This document shows positions 1 through 13,032 of a stretch of DNA of 64,000 nt, in pieces; position 1 is the first letter of the stretch; each line of letters starts with the position of its first letter. Location of the stretch: the NCBI RefSeq assembly GCF_006345805.1, contig NC_043000.1:141298001-141362000 (forward strand), read 5' to 3'. The stretch is from Octopus sinensis (lineage: Eukaryota). A program made the position numbers and the translations under genes. The notes beneath the pieces are model-generated. The model saw only the letters and a program-made list of their open reading frames with translations. It searched no databases and was not told the origin of the DNA.

Positions 1-1070
1 TAAAAGAAGTTTAACGTTTTAATATTCGTTCGGAATGATTTTATTTCTTGTGCTTATATGTATGAAAAATATAAATATAGTGATACGTTTTCAGAGAAGA
101 AATGTTTTGTATCATAGTTCAACTGAAACGATATTGTTAAACGTATCATGAAGGTGAGTTTGGGATATATAAGATTTGTCCTTCATAGCTATCTATACGT
201 TAACTCAGCAATGTTTTTCTGTTGTGTATGGTTCCCTGATTTGTTGTCGGTTTACCGTCATTCCTTTTATTTGTGTAATACCCATTTGTCCAATGTAGTG
301 TTCTCGGCAAACTTTACATGTCATAATGTACACTAGGTTTTCCGAATTATTGGAGGAATTGTTTCTAATTTTAAAGGTAGAGATCTCTTTGAAGTGGTAT
401 TTAGGACATTCAAATAAGTAACTACATACTCCGCAGTTGCTTACGTTATGGTCAGCCGTTTGACTACGTAGCTTTGCCTTGATTAAAATCCTTTTTAATG
501 ATTTTACTTACTTTTTAATAATATAATTGCTTGTTTTTCCAAGACCTTTTCCTATTTATGTCCTGTAGAAATATTGGTAGATTTACATATATTTTAGAAA
601 ACAAAATTCGGTGTTTCTTGGATAAAAAATTGAAATATATAGGACAGTATTTTCTTCTTTCTTGGGTTTTGATCTTCGAAGTTTCTAATGTCAAATTGCT
701 GGGATTTCTGAATCGCAAATTCAATTAGTTTTATGGGATATTTTCTTATATGTATTTCTTTCTTTTACTTAAATATTCGGCTTATTGGTTCAGAGTTTGA
801 TACCATTGTGTTTATTCATTCAGCTAGCCTGTATGAGATGCTTTTTCATGTGTGCTTTCAGTGACATGATTTGAAGAGGAGGTATTGTCGTGAGTCGGTG
901 GGTTTAAAGTGAACATCGGTTTCCTGTAGTGAATTCCTTCTTGTAATTAGACTGTCTAACAAAGGAACTTTAAATTTGCTGAATTGCGTAGTTAAGTCAA
1001 TGTAAGTATTAAGCTGTTTATAAAATTTTTGAATTGTCAGTATTTTCCCTCCATAAAATAAAACAATCAT
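1..1070 (-). mobile_element. Degenerate Penelope-like retroelement (RT C-terminus and GIY-YIG endonuclease relic)
   Basis: ORF 858-1070(-) contains LLDSLI...ETDVHFKPTDSRQYLLFKSCH (PLE RT C-terminal motif). Manual translation of 420-230(-) gives ENLVYIMTCKVCREHYIGQ...VNRQQIREP, parallel to NIIYVIKCSGCHQDYVGS...LHRQQIAFP of the PLE at 24065-24859. Stops and frameshifts present. Confidence 0.8.
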
Positions 1071-1399
1071 ATAGAATCCTCTTCCAGTTTTCTTTAATAA
1101 AAAAAGTAGCTGTATTCTTCTTCAGACGTTTCGGGTGATTTCTCATAGACTTATATTTCATGAAGCCCTATGACTAAGTTGGCACATGCGGGGTAATTTT
1201 TATGAGTGTATGCTTACATACATTCATACCGTCAAAATTACACTTATAGACACATATGTATACACACACACACACATACACATATACATATATATTCACA
1301 TAAACATACACATGCATAAAGGGACGTTTTACAGAAAACCACAAATATGTATATTCAAATGTGCAAACGAAAGTCAGATTGATATACGAAATTGGTTTA

Positions 1400-1620
1400 C
1401 TATAGCACAGACAAATCTTGCAGCCAAGAATGAAACCACTGACTTGGCAGAAAACTATCAGCCCATTGCTTGTCTATACATTATGTGCAAACTCTGCACA
1501 AGCCGTCTCAACCAATCCCTTCAGGATCATTGCAAGTCCAACTGCACAGTGCCTGATAAGCAGGCATGAGAGATGCTGGAAGTGTGGGGTTGTGCCGAAA
1601 ACCTTTTGATAAACAATGCT
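1400..1620 (+). mobile_element. Non-LTR retrotransposon RT relic (R4/Dong-like)
   Basis: ENYQPIACLYIMCKLCTSRL...DKQA*EMLEVWGCAENLLIN resembles RT domains 1-2 (NYRPIACL..YKL.T...EQ.G...GC.DQLLI) of RLE-clade LINEs; interrupted by a stop. Confidence 0.55.
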
Positions 1621-2011
1621 GAACTGTCTGGCATGCATTTATACCATAGGTGCCTTGCCACGGTATGACTTGATTATAGGAAGGCATTCGTTCTTTGTTT
1701 CACAGTCATGGCTTCTGAAATGTTTAAATTTGGTAAACGTGCCTGCTACCTTAACTTCTGCCTCTGAGAGGCTCACGCAGACCTCAGATTTGAGAGCAGA
1801 TCGGTTGTCTCCAATGTTATATATATATTTCAAAAGGAATATTCCAAGAAGATAGTCCTTTTGTAATTCTGCTCATTTCGGCATTAAATCCATTTTCATT
1901 CCTCCTACAAAACATATAACATAACAAATAGTGACATGCTAGGGTCAGCAGCTACTAGAGGTACCAATGTAAACCATAATTACTTTGTGGATGACCCCAA
2001 AACTTATGCTA

Positions 2012-2404
2012 AAATGTTGAGTGACTGTGTGGTAAGAAGTCTGCCTCTCAACCACATGATTCTGGGTTCAGTCCCATTGCGTGGCATCTTGGGTAAGTGT
2101 GTTCTACTATAGTCAAGGGCTGACCAAAGCCTTGTGAGTGGGTTTGGTAGATATAAACTGAAAAGAAGCTCGTCATATATATCTGTATGTATTTGTGTTT
2201 GTGTCTGTCCCCCCCCCACTGTCACCTGACTCCGATGTTGGTGCGTTTACGACCCCAGAACTTAGCTACTCGGCTTAAGAGACCGATAGAATAAGTACTA
2301 GGCTTACAAAGAATAAGTCCTGGGGTCGATTTGTTTGATTAAAGGCAGTGCTCCAGCATGGCCGCAGTCAAGTGACTGAAAGAAGAAAAACAATAAAAGA
2401 ATAA
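2012..2404 (+). mobile_element. tRNA-derived SINE, family A
   Basis: A-box-like TGACTGTGTGG and B-box-like GGTTCAGTCC head; homologous along its length to copies at 5205, 11221 and 47520. Confidence 0.88.
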
Positions 2405-3399
2405 TGGTAAAAAGTAGCTGGAATTGATATTTTCAGCCGATATAGGAATGGAATCTGACCAAAAGAAATGTCCATTTTTGGTTATTGAATGGGAGGAAAT
2501 CGGTTCTCCAGTCTCAAAACCTGCCCATCAATAGTCTCACTAACTCTCCTCCAAGTGTGCGTGTTTCTTTTTGTTTGTATATACAGAAAAGTAACTAAAA
2601 ATAATACATTTCGAATCTTTAAAAAATAGTTTAATATAATTGCATTTATTTTACTGATTTCCTATTTTGTGATTTTGTTATGTAATGTGAGATGGAGGGA
2701 CCTATTTTAACAGCGTATTTCACTCAAATATGACTGTAATTTGTAAAGCTGTCCCTTTTAATGGGATATCAAAGCTCAATTTTCATTTACAGTAGAATAC
2801 GGTACGTTAAAGTTGATTATGAGACTAGAAGATTTTGCAACTGAATGAATAATTGTGCTAAAAGCCAAATTTCAATGAATATCTTAGGTGACACACTGGA
2901 CAATGATTTCGCTTTATGTCCGTTTATAAGAACATGTGCCAGTATGGACTACGACTGTGCCCAAATCAAGGCTTTATTTATCCAGTGATTGTGTCATGTT
3001 TTAGTATGATAAGCAGGATTTAGATTAGTTAGAAATTGAGAAATAGATTACTTTATATGCGATTGACAATAAGTTGTGCATTTGGTTGTATATGTGTGAG
3101 AATATGAGCGACAATAACGTAACAACTCATTCAGTGGCATAGTTTATTCAGTAATTAGTAGTTTGTATTTTCATTGTGCATATTTTCGTTATTTAGTACT
3201 TTTGATTATCTATACTGAAACATTTCAAATCGGGGAAAGACTGCCTACTTTAGTTTGAATACAAAAGCAGAAACTTATATCAGTTCCACTAACTTTATTA
3301 GAGTAAAAGAGTACCTAAATAATTTCTAAGCTGTATAGAAAAAATATTAAATACTGAAGGAATCAAATTAATGCAACACACAAAATCACAACTATGAAA

Positions 3400-4190
3400 T
3401 TTTTCCGGTCCAGTAAGTTTGCAAACAATATCTGGAACCACAGTGGGAACGAAGGTTACCTCGACTTACTCGATTTTAGAATGGCATAATTTGAAAACCA
3501 AATATATGACTGATAATGACTAACGTACAACATCAGCTATCAAAAATATTTAGTAGATAATGGGAAACCTTACTTGGAATACTGCGTGGACACACAGTCT
3601 TAACAAATTAGTTTTAAAATCCTAATTGATATCATAAATAGCACACAGTTCACAATGGACTACAATCAAATTCAACTATATTTCTAAGACATTTTAATAA
3701 TAAAAGAGAAACAAGCATTGAAAATAACATCCATTTCAAACTGACAGACTTTAAATAATACCTGATATTGCCACCTAAATTACACCAAGACAAACACACC
3801 AGTTAATCTAGTGCGAAGAACTTTGAATTTTGAAACTCGAAATTTGACTCCAAGAATTAAGATAATTATACTGCATAAAAGACGATATCCAACAAAGTTA
3901 ATTGATAAAGAAGTAGAACGTACCAAAACAATCGACATTCAAGAAGGGCCAAAACAATTTTAAATCTTCAAACAATTTACCATACATCACAGCACATAAA
4001 ATAAAGAGAGAACTATACAATGCTATTCATAAAACATTCCATTATCGAAGCAATACCGAAGAATGACAAATGTACTCGATGTCTACAAAATAAGGTAAAG
4101 CAAAAGACAACCAAATCTCTAAGAAAAAAGGTACACAGCAGCGCCAAACTACTTGCTAAACTATAACATCAATAGTCCAAGAAGTGGCAA
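3400..4190 (+). mobile_element. Highly decayed Penelope-like RT relic
   Basis: Broken motifs GTTVGTKVTSTY (cf. GIAMGTRAAP), QFTMDYN (cf. QFTMEYN), TKTNTPVNLVRR (cf. TKTNIPFNLARR) and KRRYPTKLIDKEVERTKTIDI, in the same order as in the PLE at 23.5-24.9 kb. Confidence 0.6.
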
Positions 4191-4211
4191 CATACACTAC
4201 TTGTCAAAAGA

Positions 4212-4690
4212 AATACGTTTAATTTCTTTATTATCCATACGGATTAGCACAGATGGGGACAATACAATGTTTGGGGGTCAACATGGAACTTTTTACAATA
4301 AGAACGGGTGGGTTATTTCCAATGAGATGAATTTACAACGAAAATTAAATAAGGACAAATAAACAAAATAAACAAATGAAGATAAAAGAACAGGATAGCC
4401 GACCCCACGAGCCCTGTTATTTCAGCTGAAACCTTTTGGTAGGTAATCATGGCGTGTTCATGCAGGGCCTTTCACACCCAGCATCCGTGTGAATATAGAC
4501 TCTGTCAGACACCTTTTCTCTAGCTCGACCTTCCTCTTCAGATGGAATCTGAAGAAGTTCGTTAGGGCGGTGCTAGAGGTCATGGTGTCTGACATTACAC
4601 CTTTCACTCTGGTCTTCCATATAACCTCTTTCGCAACTGCTACTATCACGAGAAAGCATCTGAAAATTCAGCCCGCATGCTACTAAATAA
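4212..4690 (-). mobile_element. 3' end of an L1/Tx1-like LINE
   Basis: ORF 4458-4649(-) IVAVAKEVIWKTRVKG...LTNFFRFHLKRKVELEK resembles the ORF2 C-terminus of L1/Tx1 elements; it is followed by a T-rich 3' UTR ending in AATAAAGAAATTAAA on the minus strand. Confidence 0.55.
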
Positions 4691-5204
4691 GCTATAACAG
4701 AAAATCGACCAGCGACATCACAAAATCGAAGTTCACATTCTCAAAAATAAATGTAGACAAACATAGAAAATCATATACAGTATATACTGCCACTTGCATA
4801 TGCACAAATAAGTTATATCTTTATTTTTAGCTATGCAGATATCCTCCTGTTCATGCTACCACATGATACATTCACCGGACTAATACAGCTTTAACTTTTA
4901 GAGAAAATATCATTCATACTGTTACATGACCTTCTGATCTCGTGCAGGTCTATAACCAAGTAAACTCTATTTCAAATGATAGCATTTTGAGCCATAATCC
5001 CCACATAAAAAGGAGCAAATTCTCAAACTCTTGTCAGAATCATTTTTCTTTTTCTTGACCGTTCTGGCTCGCACGAAAAAAAAAACTCAAATCCATAAAT
5101 ACAAAAATAAAAGAATTATTGTGAAAAGGAAGCTTTTTTCTTTCGGAAGTAGAGCGTCAAATAAACGAGGTTGAAAAGACACTTGAAGTAATTAAGAATA
5201 TTTA

Positions 5205-5610
5205 TTCTTTTACTCTTTTACTTGTTTCAGTCATTTGACTGCGGTCATGCTGGAGTACCGCCTTTAATCGAGCAAATCGACCCCGGGACTTATTCTTTGT
5301 AAGCCCAGTACTTATTCTATCGGTCTCTTTTGCCGAACCACTAAGTGACGGGGACATAAACACACCAGCACCGGTTGTCAAGCAATGCTAGGGGGACAAA
5401 CACAAACATACACGCACACACACATATACATATATATACATATATACGACGGGCTTTATTCAGTTTCCGTCTACCAAATCCACTCACAAGGCTTTGGTTG
5501 GCCCGAGGCTATAGTAGAAGACACTTGCCCAAGGTGCCACGCAGTGGGACTGAACCCGGAACCATGTGGTTGGTAAACAAGCTACTTACCACACAGCCAC
5601 TCCTGCGCCT
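5205..5610 (-). mobile_element. tRNA-derived SINE, family A, full length
   Basis: Minus-strand head AGGCGCAGGAGTGGCTGTGTGG...GGTTCAGTCCC, internal CA/TA microsatellite, (GTAAAAGA)n-like tail; possible TSD TATTTATT. Confidence 0.92.
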
Positions 5611-5793
5611 ATTTATTTATATTTACTTGCCTTTACAAGTTAATGATTTTGAAAAGTATCTGTATGTGTTTCGACTTTAACTGGATTTCCAAACTTTTTT
5701 GAATTGATGAAACTGACAATATCTATTAGTAAAATTAAATATTTCTCTATATATATGTGCGTGTTTTATCTGCTGTACTTTCATCCCAGTATG

Positions 5794-5825
<32 letters not shown>

Positions 5826-6639
5826 TACATACAGACACACATACATACCCATACACATACACACACACTTAAATCTTTTATTGCGTGTGTGGTTATATTG
5901 GTGCACGTATATGTAGAGAGCAGATGTATATAAATACAGATATACACCAAATCTAATTAAATGACAGTTGCAATGTCTCAGCCACCACAATTCTTCCTGT
6001 ATTAATTTCCTGCCTTGGTCTATATAATGTGGACTTCTATGCACCACTGAAAGTTACATTCACAAATAAACATCCATGCCCGCTTAATACATTCACTATC
6101 CTACTGTCTAAGAGATTAAACTTATCAGCATGCATTGTTTAATTTTTAGAGGGTTTTTTTCAGTCACAAAGACAAATTTTGCAGTCACATAAGTATTCTT
6201 CCTAATCACAAAACAGACACTTGTTACTTATCTCACTGACTTTTCTCCCTCGCACAGGCACATTTCGGTAGTAACACACATAAAATCCAGTAAATATAAA
6301 GATTCCCTCTTACCTCTCTCCTCATAAACTCTGTTATATTCATCCATTACAATTCTGAACCTAACAAATATTAAAATTGATTTGAAAAACTCCCACAGTT
6401 CAAGTGTCTTCGTCTTGGTACAAAAGTAATAGTTAGTTTCAATAAGCGTTTTTGTCTATTCCCTGGCAATATATAATTGTGGACCTGTTTGCTGATCAGT
6501 AAACAGTAAACACAGCTTTAACCTCTCTTAGGGAAACTGTTTCACCTCAAGCATCTACAAGGAATACATAAATTTTCCCGTAGAATTTATTTGTTTTCCT
6601 CAGAGAAAGTATTTATTTGTTTTCAGTTTTCACAGAATT

Positions 6640-7060
6640 TATTTGTTTTTCAGCATGATGAAAGAATGGATTATTTTTGTTGCACGAATAAAGCTTAGAA
6701 TTGTATCAGTGATGCATTTAATTTTCGTTTAGCTCTTAGAGCATTCATTTGTCTAGCTTTTTCACACACTAAGTTAACAAATGTTGAATGACTTTGGATG
6801 ATCAACGTATAGATTTTTTTTTCATTTCTTAAGATTCTTTTTGTGGGCTAGCTTCAACAGCAGTCCTCAATTGGCCATCGTCTATTGCAAAATGTCGTCC
6901 ACAACGTTCGTCATCTTTCAGCTTTCGATTCTACCCAAAATGTTTAAAACTAATGTTGAGATGTACATTTAACAATAGTTCTGGCCAAAATATTGCCAAC
7001 AGTTACTTGATGTTTTATTTTGAACTCATACGACACAAACCACAATAAATTTGCTATTTG
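6640..7060 (-). mobile_element. Mariner transposase N-terminal relic
   Basis: Minus strand encodes LKDDERCGRHFAIDDGQLRTAVEASP (cf. LEDEERSGRP..IDDDQL..II.ADP) and CNKNNPFFH (cf. RNKNDPFL); heavily decayed. Confidence 0.5.
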
Positions 7061-9344
7061 TCCAGCCTAAAATTAATAAAAATAAACAATAGGAACAAAA
7101 CTATCAGCATAAATCAATGGAAATCCGCCCCTCATAATGGTATATTACATGAACATAGTTAAATAAAAGTTTATTTCAGAATAAGCATCAAATTTTGAAA
7201 CTATTTTCGTACCAATCTAATATACATATGTATGCATGTATACATATTGTGAATGTGTGTGCGTGTGTTTGTGTGTGGTTCGCGTGTGGATATGTATGTA
7301 TCTAGACATTTTTATCAATTTAATCTTTTTCTCTTCTCCTACTCATCTATTTCTCTCTTTTCCATTCTCTTCATGTAGCAGCTAACATAACTCTTGCAGC
7401 CATCAGACGATAGATTACAGTGAACTGGTAAACTTTGTTGCTAATAGGCGCCATATTTTTATTTTTTGCATTTTTATTTCTTTTTGTAATCGTAATTTCC
7501 AATAGAAAAGTTTCTTCCTGTTTTCATAATCAACTTTGCCGTATTTAACCATGATATCTAATCAAATGGTCTTCAAAGCAGTGCTCGTTCTATAGAAATC
7601 ATGTTTGCTGCAGTGTCAGACTAGACTGTTTTCAAGAATGATGGTTCATCTCAGTTAATACAAGGTTTGTAATTATAAACATGAAATTTCATCGCTTCAC
7701 AATTCCTCAGTTAAACTTACGACTAGAGCATCATTAATATCAACAGGAGGATCAACTAACAAATAAATTGTGCTGTAATATTTTAGCCGACAAAGTGTAT
7801 CTATAGAGCAGTAGGCAATGTATAGCATACAGAGAGATTTTGAGCGTGAAATGCTAGTGATTCGCTCTAAAATTTGAGCTTATGCACTTAACCTGTTTAT
7901 TAGTGCTACGGAAGTCCATATGTGTTAACTTAGAAAAACATTACGATGCCTCAATTAGCTCACTCCAAACAATCTTAAAGGCATATCTCATTGGACATTT
8001 GTAACGCATTTGATCATACGCCTGCTTAATCAGTACAACTTTAGGCTTGAATATTAACAACATCAGAATGAAATTTGTTTTACTCTATTTCATTTGAGTG
8101 CTAAATAAATTGTTTTTCAGTTATAGATGTATCTTTTGCAAATGTGCATGACCAACAGCAATATCAAGTGTCTTGTCCAGTACTATCTATCCATTCTCTT
8201 TGTACCTTTCTTCTTACTTCAGTATTCCTCGTCTGCCGCCATCTCACCCTCATTCCTCGAATTACCCCTTCGACTCTATAACTAAATACTTCTATAACTA
8301 AATCCCATCACTGTCATTTCAATATCCGCCCATCCTTTTTCCCTCGCCCCTACTTCTCTTTCTCAGTAGCCCCTCTTCACCCATTGTCCCACCCACACTC
8401 CCTACTTTGCTCGTTGTCTCTTCTTCTAGTCTTCTATAACCCCTACTATCCTGATTAATGAACATCAGTCAGTCAACATACCAACCAACGAAGATTCCCA
8501 TTACAATATCTTCTTATCAATTTCTTGACTCAATACAACTACTTCTACTTCTATTCAATCGCCTAGTCACTCATATTCTCCTTCTCCATACTCTGCTTCT
8601 CTTATCTCCTCTTGTTATTCCTCTGTTTCAACACTCCACTCTGAACCCGCTACATCCTCCAACTTTGTAGACTTCCTTTCCTAACCGAATCTAGGCCCAG
8701 GGAGCGCAGAGAGAGCCTTTGGTTGTAGGAGAGACAACACGGAAAACAATATGGCAAACATACACAATCGATCTGATATCATCATGACGAAATGCTGACA
8801 GCAACACAGAACTAACATCAACATAAGAACTATTCCCAGCAACACAATGGTTAGCAGTTAGCAAATCAGCTCAAGCACAAATGTTACTCACACATTTTAC
8901 TAACCACAATTGACGAACGTTTAAAGCAAAGATTCTCAACCCATTTTGGTCAAAGGCCCCCTTTCAAATTGTCCCCCCCCCCGAAAATATTTATATTTTT
9001 CAATATACTAGTTATTTTGATATCAGTAGATAATGATTAATAAATAAGGATAAAGGACGTCGTTTTACATATGCGCTTGTACGGAGTCGGGAGTACAGAT
9101 GTACAAATTGAAATGCAAAAAGAAAAAGAAAAACTGAAAAAAATACGAAATACTGAATTGAAAGTTTGGTAATTGCGTTTATTTCTACCACGCAACACTT
9201 ATGAGATCAACGTGTTGTTTATCGAAAGAGTGTTCTTTGGTACAAGTAAATGCCGATGAAATCCTGTCAAATCTTTCCAATTTCCCTTATCAAAACAGCT
9301 AGAAATTATGCCGTCACTCCGGAAGAGGATTTATGCCTTGAACC

Positions 9345-9475
9345 TGCATATAGGCGCGACAGAGTAAGAGACAAAGTGCACCAATACCAACTAATCAGGA
9401 TAGTGGACACAATGGGGTCCAAATAGCGATTAAAGACTAGCTGTTATCTGCTACGTTCGTATGTACGTATATCTA
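9345..9475 (-). repeat. Inverted fragment of the CpG-rich element at 10056-11040
   Basis: Reverse complement ACGTAGCAGATAACAGCTAG...TTGGACCCCATTGTGTCCACTA..CTGATTAGTTGGTATTGGTGCACTTTGTCTCTT aligns to about 10085-10225. Confidence 0.7.
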
Positions 9476-9525
9476 ATAATGAGGAGAGGAATTTGACTCG
9501 AGTGTACGCTACAAAAGCTTAAAAG

Positions 9526-9559
<34 letters not shown>

Positions 9560-9815
9560 TTACAGAGAGACAGGAGAAAAAGAAAATTAGAGAGAGGGGG
9601 AAAGAGATCTTTTTTGTTGCTGTCACGGATTTTTTAATTTTAAAATTGAATCAAAACATTTTCATGCTGAATCCGATTTTGTGATCCATTTATTCCAGAA
9701 AAAAAATTTAAATCAGCGATTCAGAAAATTTAGGCTTGATAATTTTTACCCAATCAGAAAACAGGATTAGGAAGCTATCATTTTCTGCATGACAGAAAGC
9801 AATTACATATCATAT

Positions 9816-9861
<46 letters not shown>

Positions 9862-10055
9862 GCAAAATGCAGGAGCGATTTAATATACAGAGAGTGATAA
9901 AGTGTGGTAAATTCATGTAGAGAGGGAAAAAGCATAACAGACAATGAGTGGGAGATTTGTTGATCTTATTAAGACTTGATATTTCACATTTAAAACCCAT
10001 GTGATTATTCTTGGTGCAGTAGTAACTAAGTAACCAACTATTTAAACACACATAT

Positions 10056-11040
10056 GTGTAGCGAACTCTCTCTCTCTCTCTGTTATATACACATGAGTAC
10101 GGACGTAGTAGATAACAGCTAGCCTACGGCCGCTCTTTTGGACCCTGTTGTGTCTACTACTCTGATTGGTTGGTGTTGGCGCACTTTTGTCTCTTGCTCT
10201 ATTGCGCGCCAATATGCAACCCAACCAACTGCAGCCTTCTGATAAGGTCACGTGAGAAGTCTCTTCTAAACCCCAGTTTGCGCCGACTGTACAGCATAAA
10301 AGGTTAGCTTCAACACCGTCTTTCGTCTTTCGGTTCCATACCTTTTTAGGTCTAACCACTAACCACAGAGCACACAGCCAGTTCCAGCGACAACACCAAC
10401 AGCATCAACATGGAGAAACAGCATCACTTCGTCCAGCAGCATTCAGGACCTCCATCTCTGTCACCTCCGTCTTAACGTCGTCAACGGCATCTCTCTACGT
10501 ACACAGCAACCAGCATCACTCGTACAAGTTCTATCTCCTCACTGTTCGTGAATTACTTCACCATGGTTAACAGCAAGCACAACCTGCGAGAACTTCCTGT
10601 ATCGAGTGACCGGCTGCAGCATAGTAGTCGCAACTTCTTACACGACATGTGCCTCAACCGGCTGTGCTTCTTCGCCACAACCTCTTGTTACAGCACTTCA
10701 ACTATCGTGTACCTTGACTACCAACTGGTATTTATCATCCTTGTGTCTGAACATTCTTCTAACGCCATATTATAGACTCTTTCAATGCTCTCTACTTAAT
10801 GCACACACATTCACATTGTATACATGACGGCCTGTCTATTATTATAATGCATATATGACGCACACAAAGACACACATGTTAACCTATCAATAAAATCTTC
10901 TCTTAAACATTCTACTGGCTGTGTCTCTCTTTCCCTTCTAGCACTTGTACTCATTTATCCTTTTCGCATATATTGTAATCGACCGTGTCGTGTACTAAAG
11001 GAGCCATTCTATTCACCTCTCCTTCGCACGGTCGTGTGAC
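10056..11040 (+). mobile_element. About 1-kb CpG-rich LTR-like element (solo-LTR candidate)
   Basis: Sharp CpG enrichment against the flanks; starts TGTAGCGAA; inverted CCAAT (ATTGG), GTCACGTGA E-box, TATA-like CATAAAA near 10297, AATAAA near 10888; no recognisable ORF; a second partial copy lies at 9345. Termini and TSD unresolved. Confidence 0.4.
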
Positions 11041-11220
11041 GATTTCAGATAAAAATGAATTTCTAAAGTTACTTTTATTTTTTATATTCTTCTCCGGCTT
11101 TCTGTTTGCTTAAGATATATACCTATGCGAGAAAAAAGATTTCATATGGAGATTTCATTTAATTGATCAGTTGTCAACAGGACATAACTACAGATTTCTG
11201 CCCCACTCGCCGACATTGGA

Positions 11221-11636
11221 TACTCTTTTACTCTTTTACTTGTTTCAGTCATTTGACTGCGGCGATGCTGGAGCACCGCCTTTAGTCGAGCAAATCGACC
11301 CCGGGACTTATTCTTTGTAAGCCCAGTACTTATTCTATTAGTCTCTTTTGCCGAACCGCTAAGTGACGGGGACGTAAACACACCAGCATCGGTTGTCAAG
11401 CAATGCTAGGGGGACAAACACAGACACACAAACATATATACACACACTTATATATATATATATACATATATACGACAGGCTTCTTTCAGTTTCCGTCTAC
11501 CAAATCCACTCACAAGGCATTGGTCGGCCCGGGGCTATAGCAGAAGACACTTTCCCAAGATGCGACGCAGTGGGACTGAACCCGGAACCATGTGGTTGGT
11601 TAGCAAGTTACTTACCACACAGCCACTCCTGCGCCT
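11221..11636 (-). mobile_element. tRNA-derived SINE, family A, full length
   Basis: Near-identical to 5205-5610 along its whole length. Confidence 0.92.
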
Positions 11637-11644
11637 ATGGATGA

Positions 11645-12097
11645 TCATAAAACTTTCAGAAAAATGGATATTTTTTATGAAATTTTCTACGAATATATGT
11701 TATGCCAACTAAATCCCAAATATACCAAATTGTTGGGGGGGGGGGTTAGGAGGGTGGGGAGGATTTTCGGAAAATTCACCGGAGTCCACTTCAATTCGCT
11801 TAATTTTAAGGAAAATGAATATTTTTTTTATATTTTTGTCTATAAATATAACATCGGACTATGTAGATTCCGAATATATAGAAATTTTCGGGGAAAACAA
11901 TTGGGGGCGGGTGGGTTATTTTTGAGAACTGTTCCCCATTCGGGGGTGTTTCGAAACAAGTCGTCCATATTTGTTACAGTTTTTGTTTTGTGCCTTTGTG
12001 CATCCGTAGATTTCTACTGACGCAACTGGTAATGAAGGCAAATGAAGCCCACACCAGAAAACACATGCTAAAAATAACAGCTAAATATCTGGTACAC

Positions 12098-12105
<8 letters not shown>
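11645..12105 (-). mobile_element. Non-autonomous Helitron-like fragment (same family as 13033-13723)
   Basis: 11700-12010 aligns to the reverse complement of 13200-13560 (GGATTTTC.GAAAAT.CACCGGAGTCCA...CGGACTA.GTAGATTCC...GGGGAAAACAATTGG...TTTGTGCATCCGTA); both end in CACAGA(TA)n. Confidence 0.65.
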
Positions 12106-12164
<59 letters not shown>

Positions 12165-12165
<1 letters not shown>

Positions 12166-12600
12166 GAAAAATACAAACTGGGACAAGAACGTAAAACATT
12201 TAGAAGACACTACAAAAAACACGGGCGAGACATTCGAAGCCTTCAATCTTCAGTCAAGAACCGGATCATCCTCGCAATTTCGGCTGATTAATCTTGAGAT
12301 CGCTCCGATCCGGCCAGCCCCAAGGAAAATCTAAGCTACAAGCATTAGATTTCTTGGAAAAAGGATCGAATGTATACGAAACAAGGACAGAAAAACGGAC
12401 GATGCCACACGAATATAAATACAAAAAACAATAATAGTAATAACAGGACAAAAACAGCGGGTGTCTTACGACTAATAGACAGTACAACTTAGTTTAGCTG
12501 GCGTATTTGGAAAAAAAATGCCTTTATCGGCAGACGAAGACAACGATGTTCTCACGGCGCTGGTTAGAAGCCGAAAGGCTGGTTGACCAGCGGTCACGTG
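12165..12600. repeat. Dispersed repeat fragment, probably PLE-associated
   Basis: 12165-12300 is the reverse complement homologue of 40010-40175 (CAAGATTAATCAGCCG.AATTGCGAGGATGATC.GGTTCTTGACTGA). Confidence 0.55.
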
Positions 12601-13032
12601 AGGGGAGAAGAGAGAGAAAAACAAGAGGTCAAAGGAATCAAAGAGAGAAGAAAAAGAGGGATGAAGGCACCAAAGGGGGGAGAAGAGAGAGAAAGAAGGA
12701 ATTAAAGAGGGGAGAAGAAAGAGAGCGTGCCAAAGATTGGCTTGGCGACAGAATCAGTAGGGTGCAAAGTGAGAAAGACAGAGACATGTGAGAGAGTGGG
12801 GGAAGAGTAGACCAAAGAATCAGATATATATATATGTGTGTGTGTTATTAAGACGACTTGTCTGTTGCATACTATCTTTTGTTTCACTTTAAGTAAATTC
12901 TCAGGTAAACGGTTCTAATAGAAGCAAAAATAAGGAATTTACACGCACAATTAAATATAGAAGTGTAAAGTATAATTTTTTACATAATCTCTATAATAAA
13001 CATGAAATAATTCCCCGTTTGAACTTTTTTCA

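Noticed and set aside
1120-1170. GAAACGTC-TGAAG with CTTCA upstream of the PLE relic (minus strand)
   Set aside because: Stem I and cleavage-site elements present but the CUGANGA box is missing.
5375-5680. ORFs inside SINEs, Helitrons and MITEs (also 11142-11644, 20257-20859, 35993-36331, 44658-44979, 56640-56897)
   Set aside because: They fall wholly within non-coding interspersed repeats and recur only because the repeats recur.
8925-8985. hAT-like terminus (GATTCTCAACC...GGCCCCCTTT)
   Set aside because: No matching second end or TSD found.
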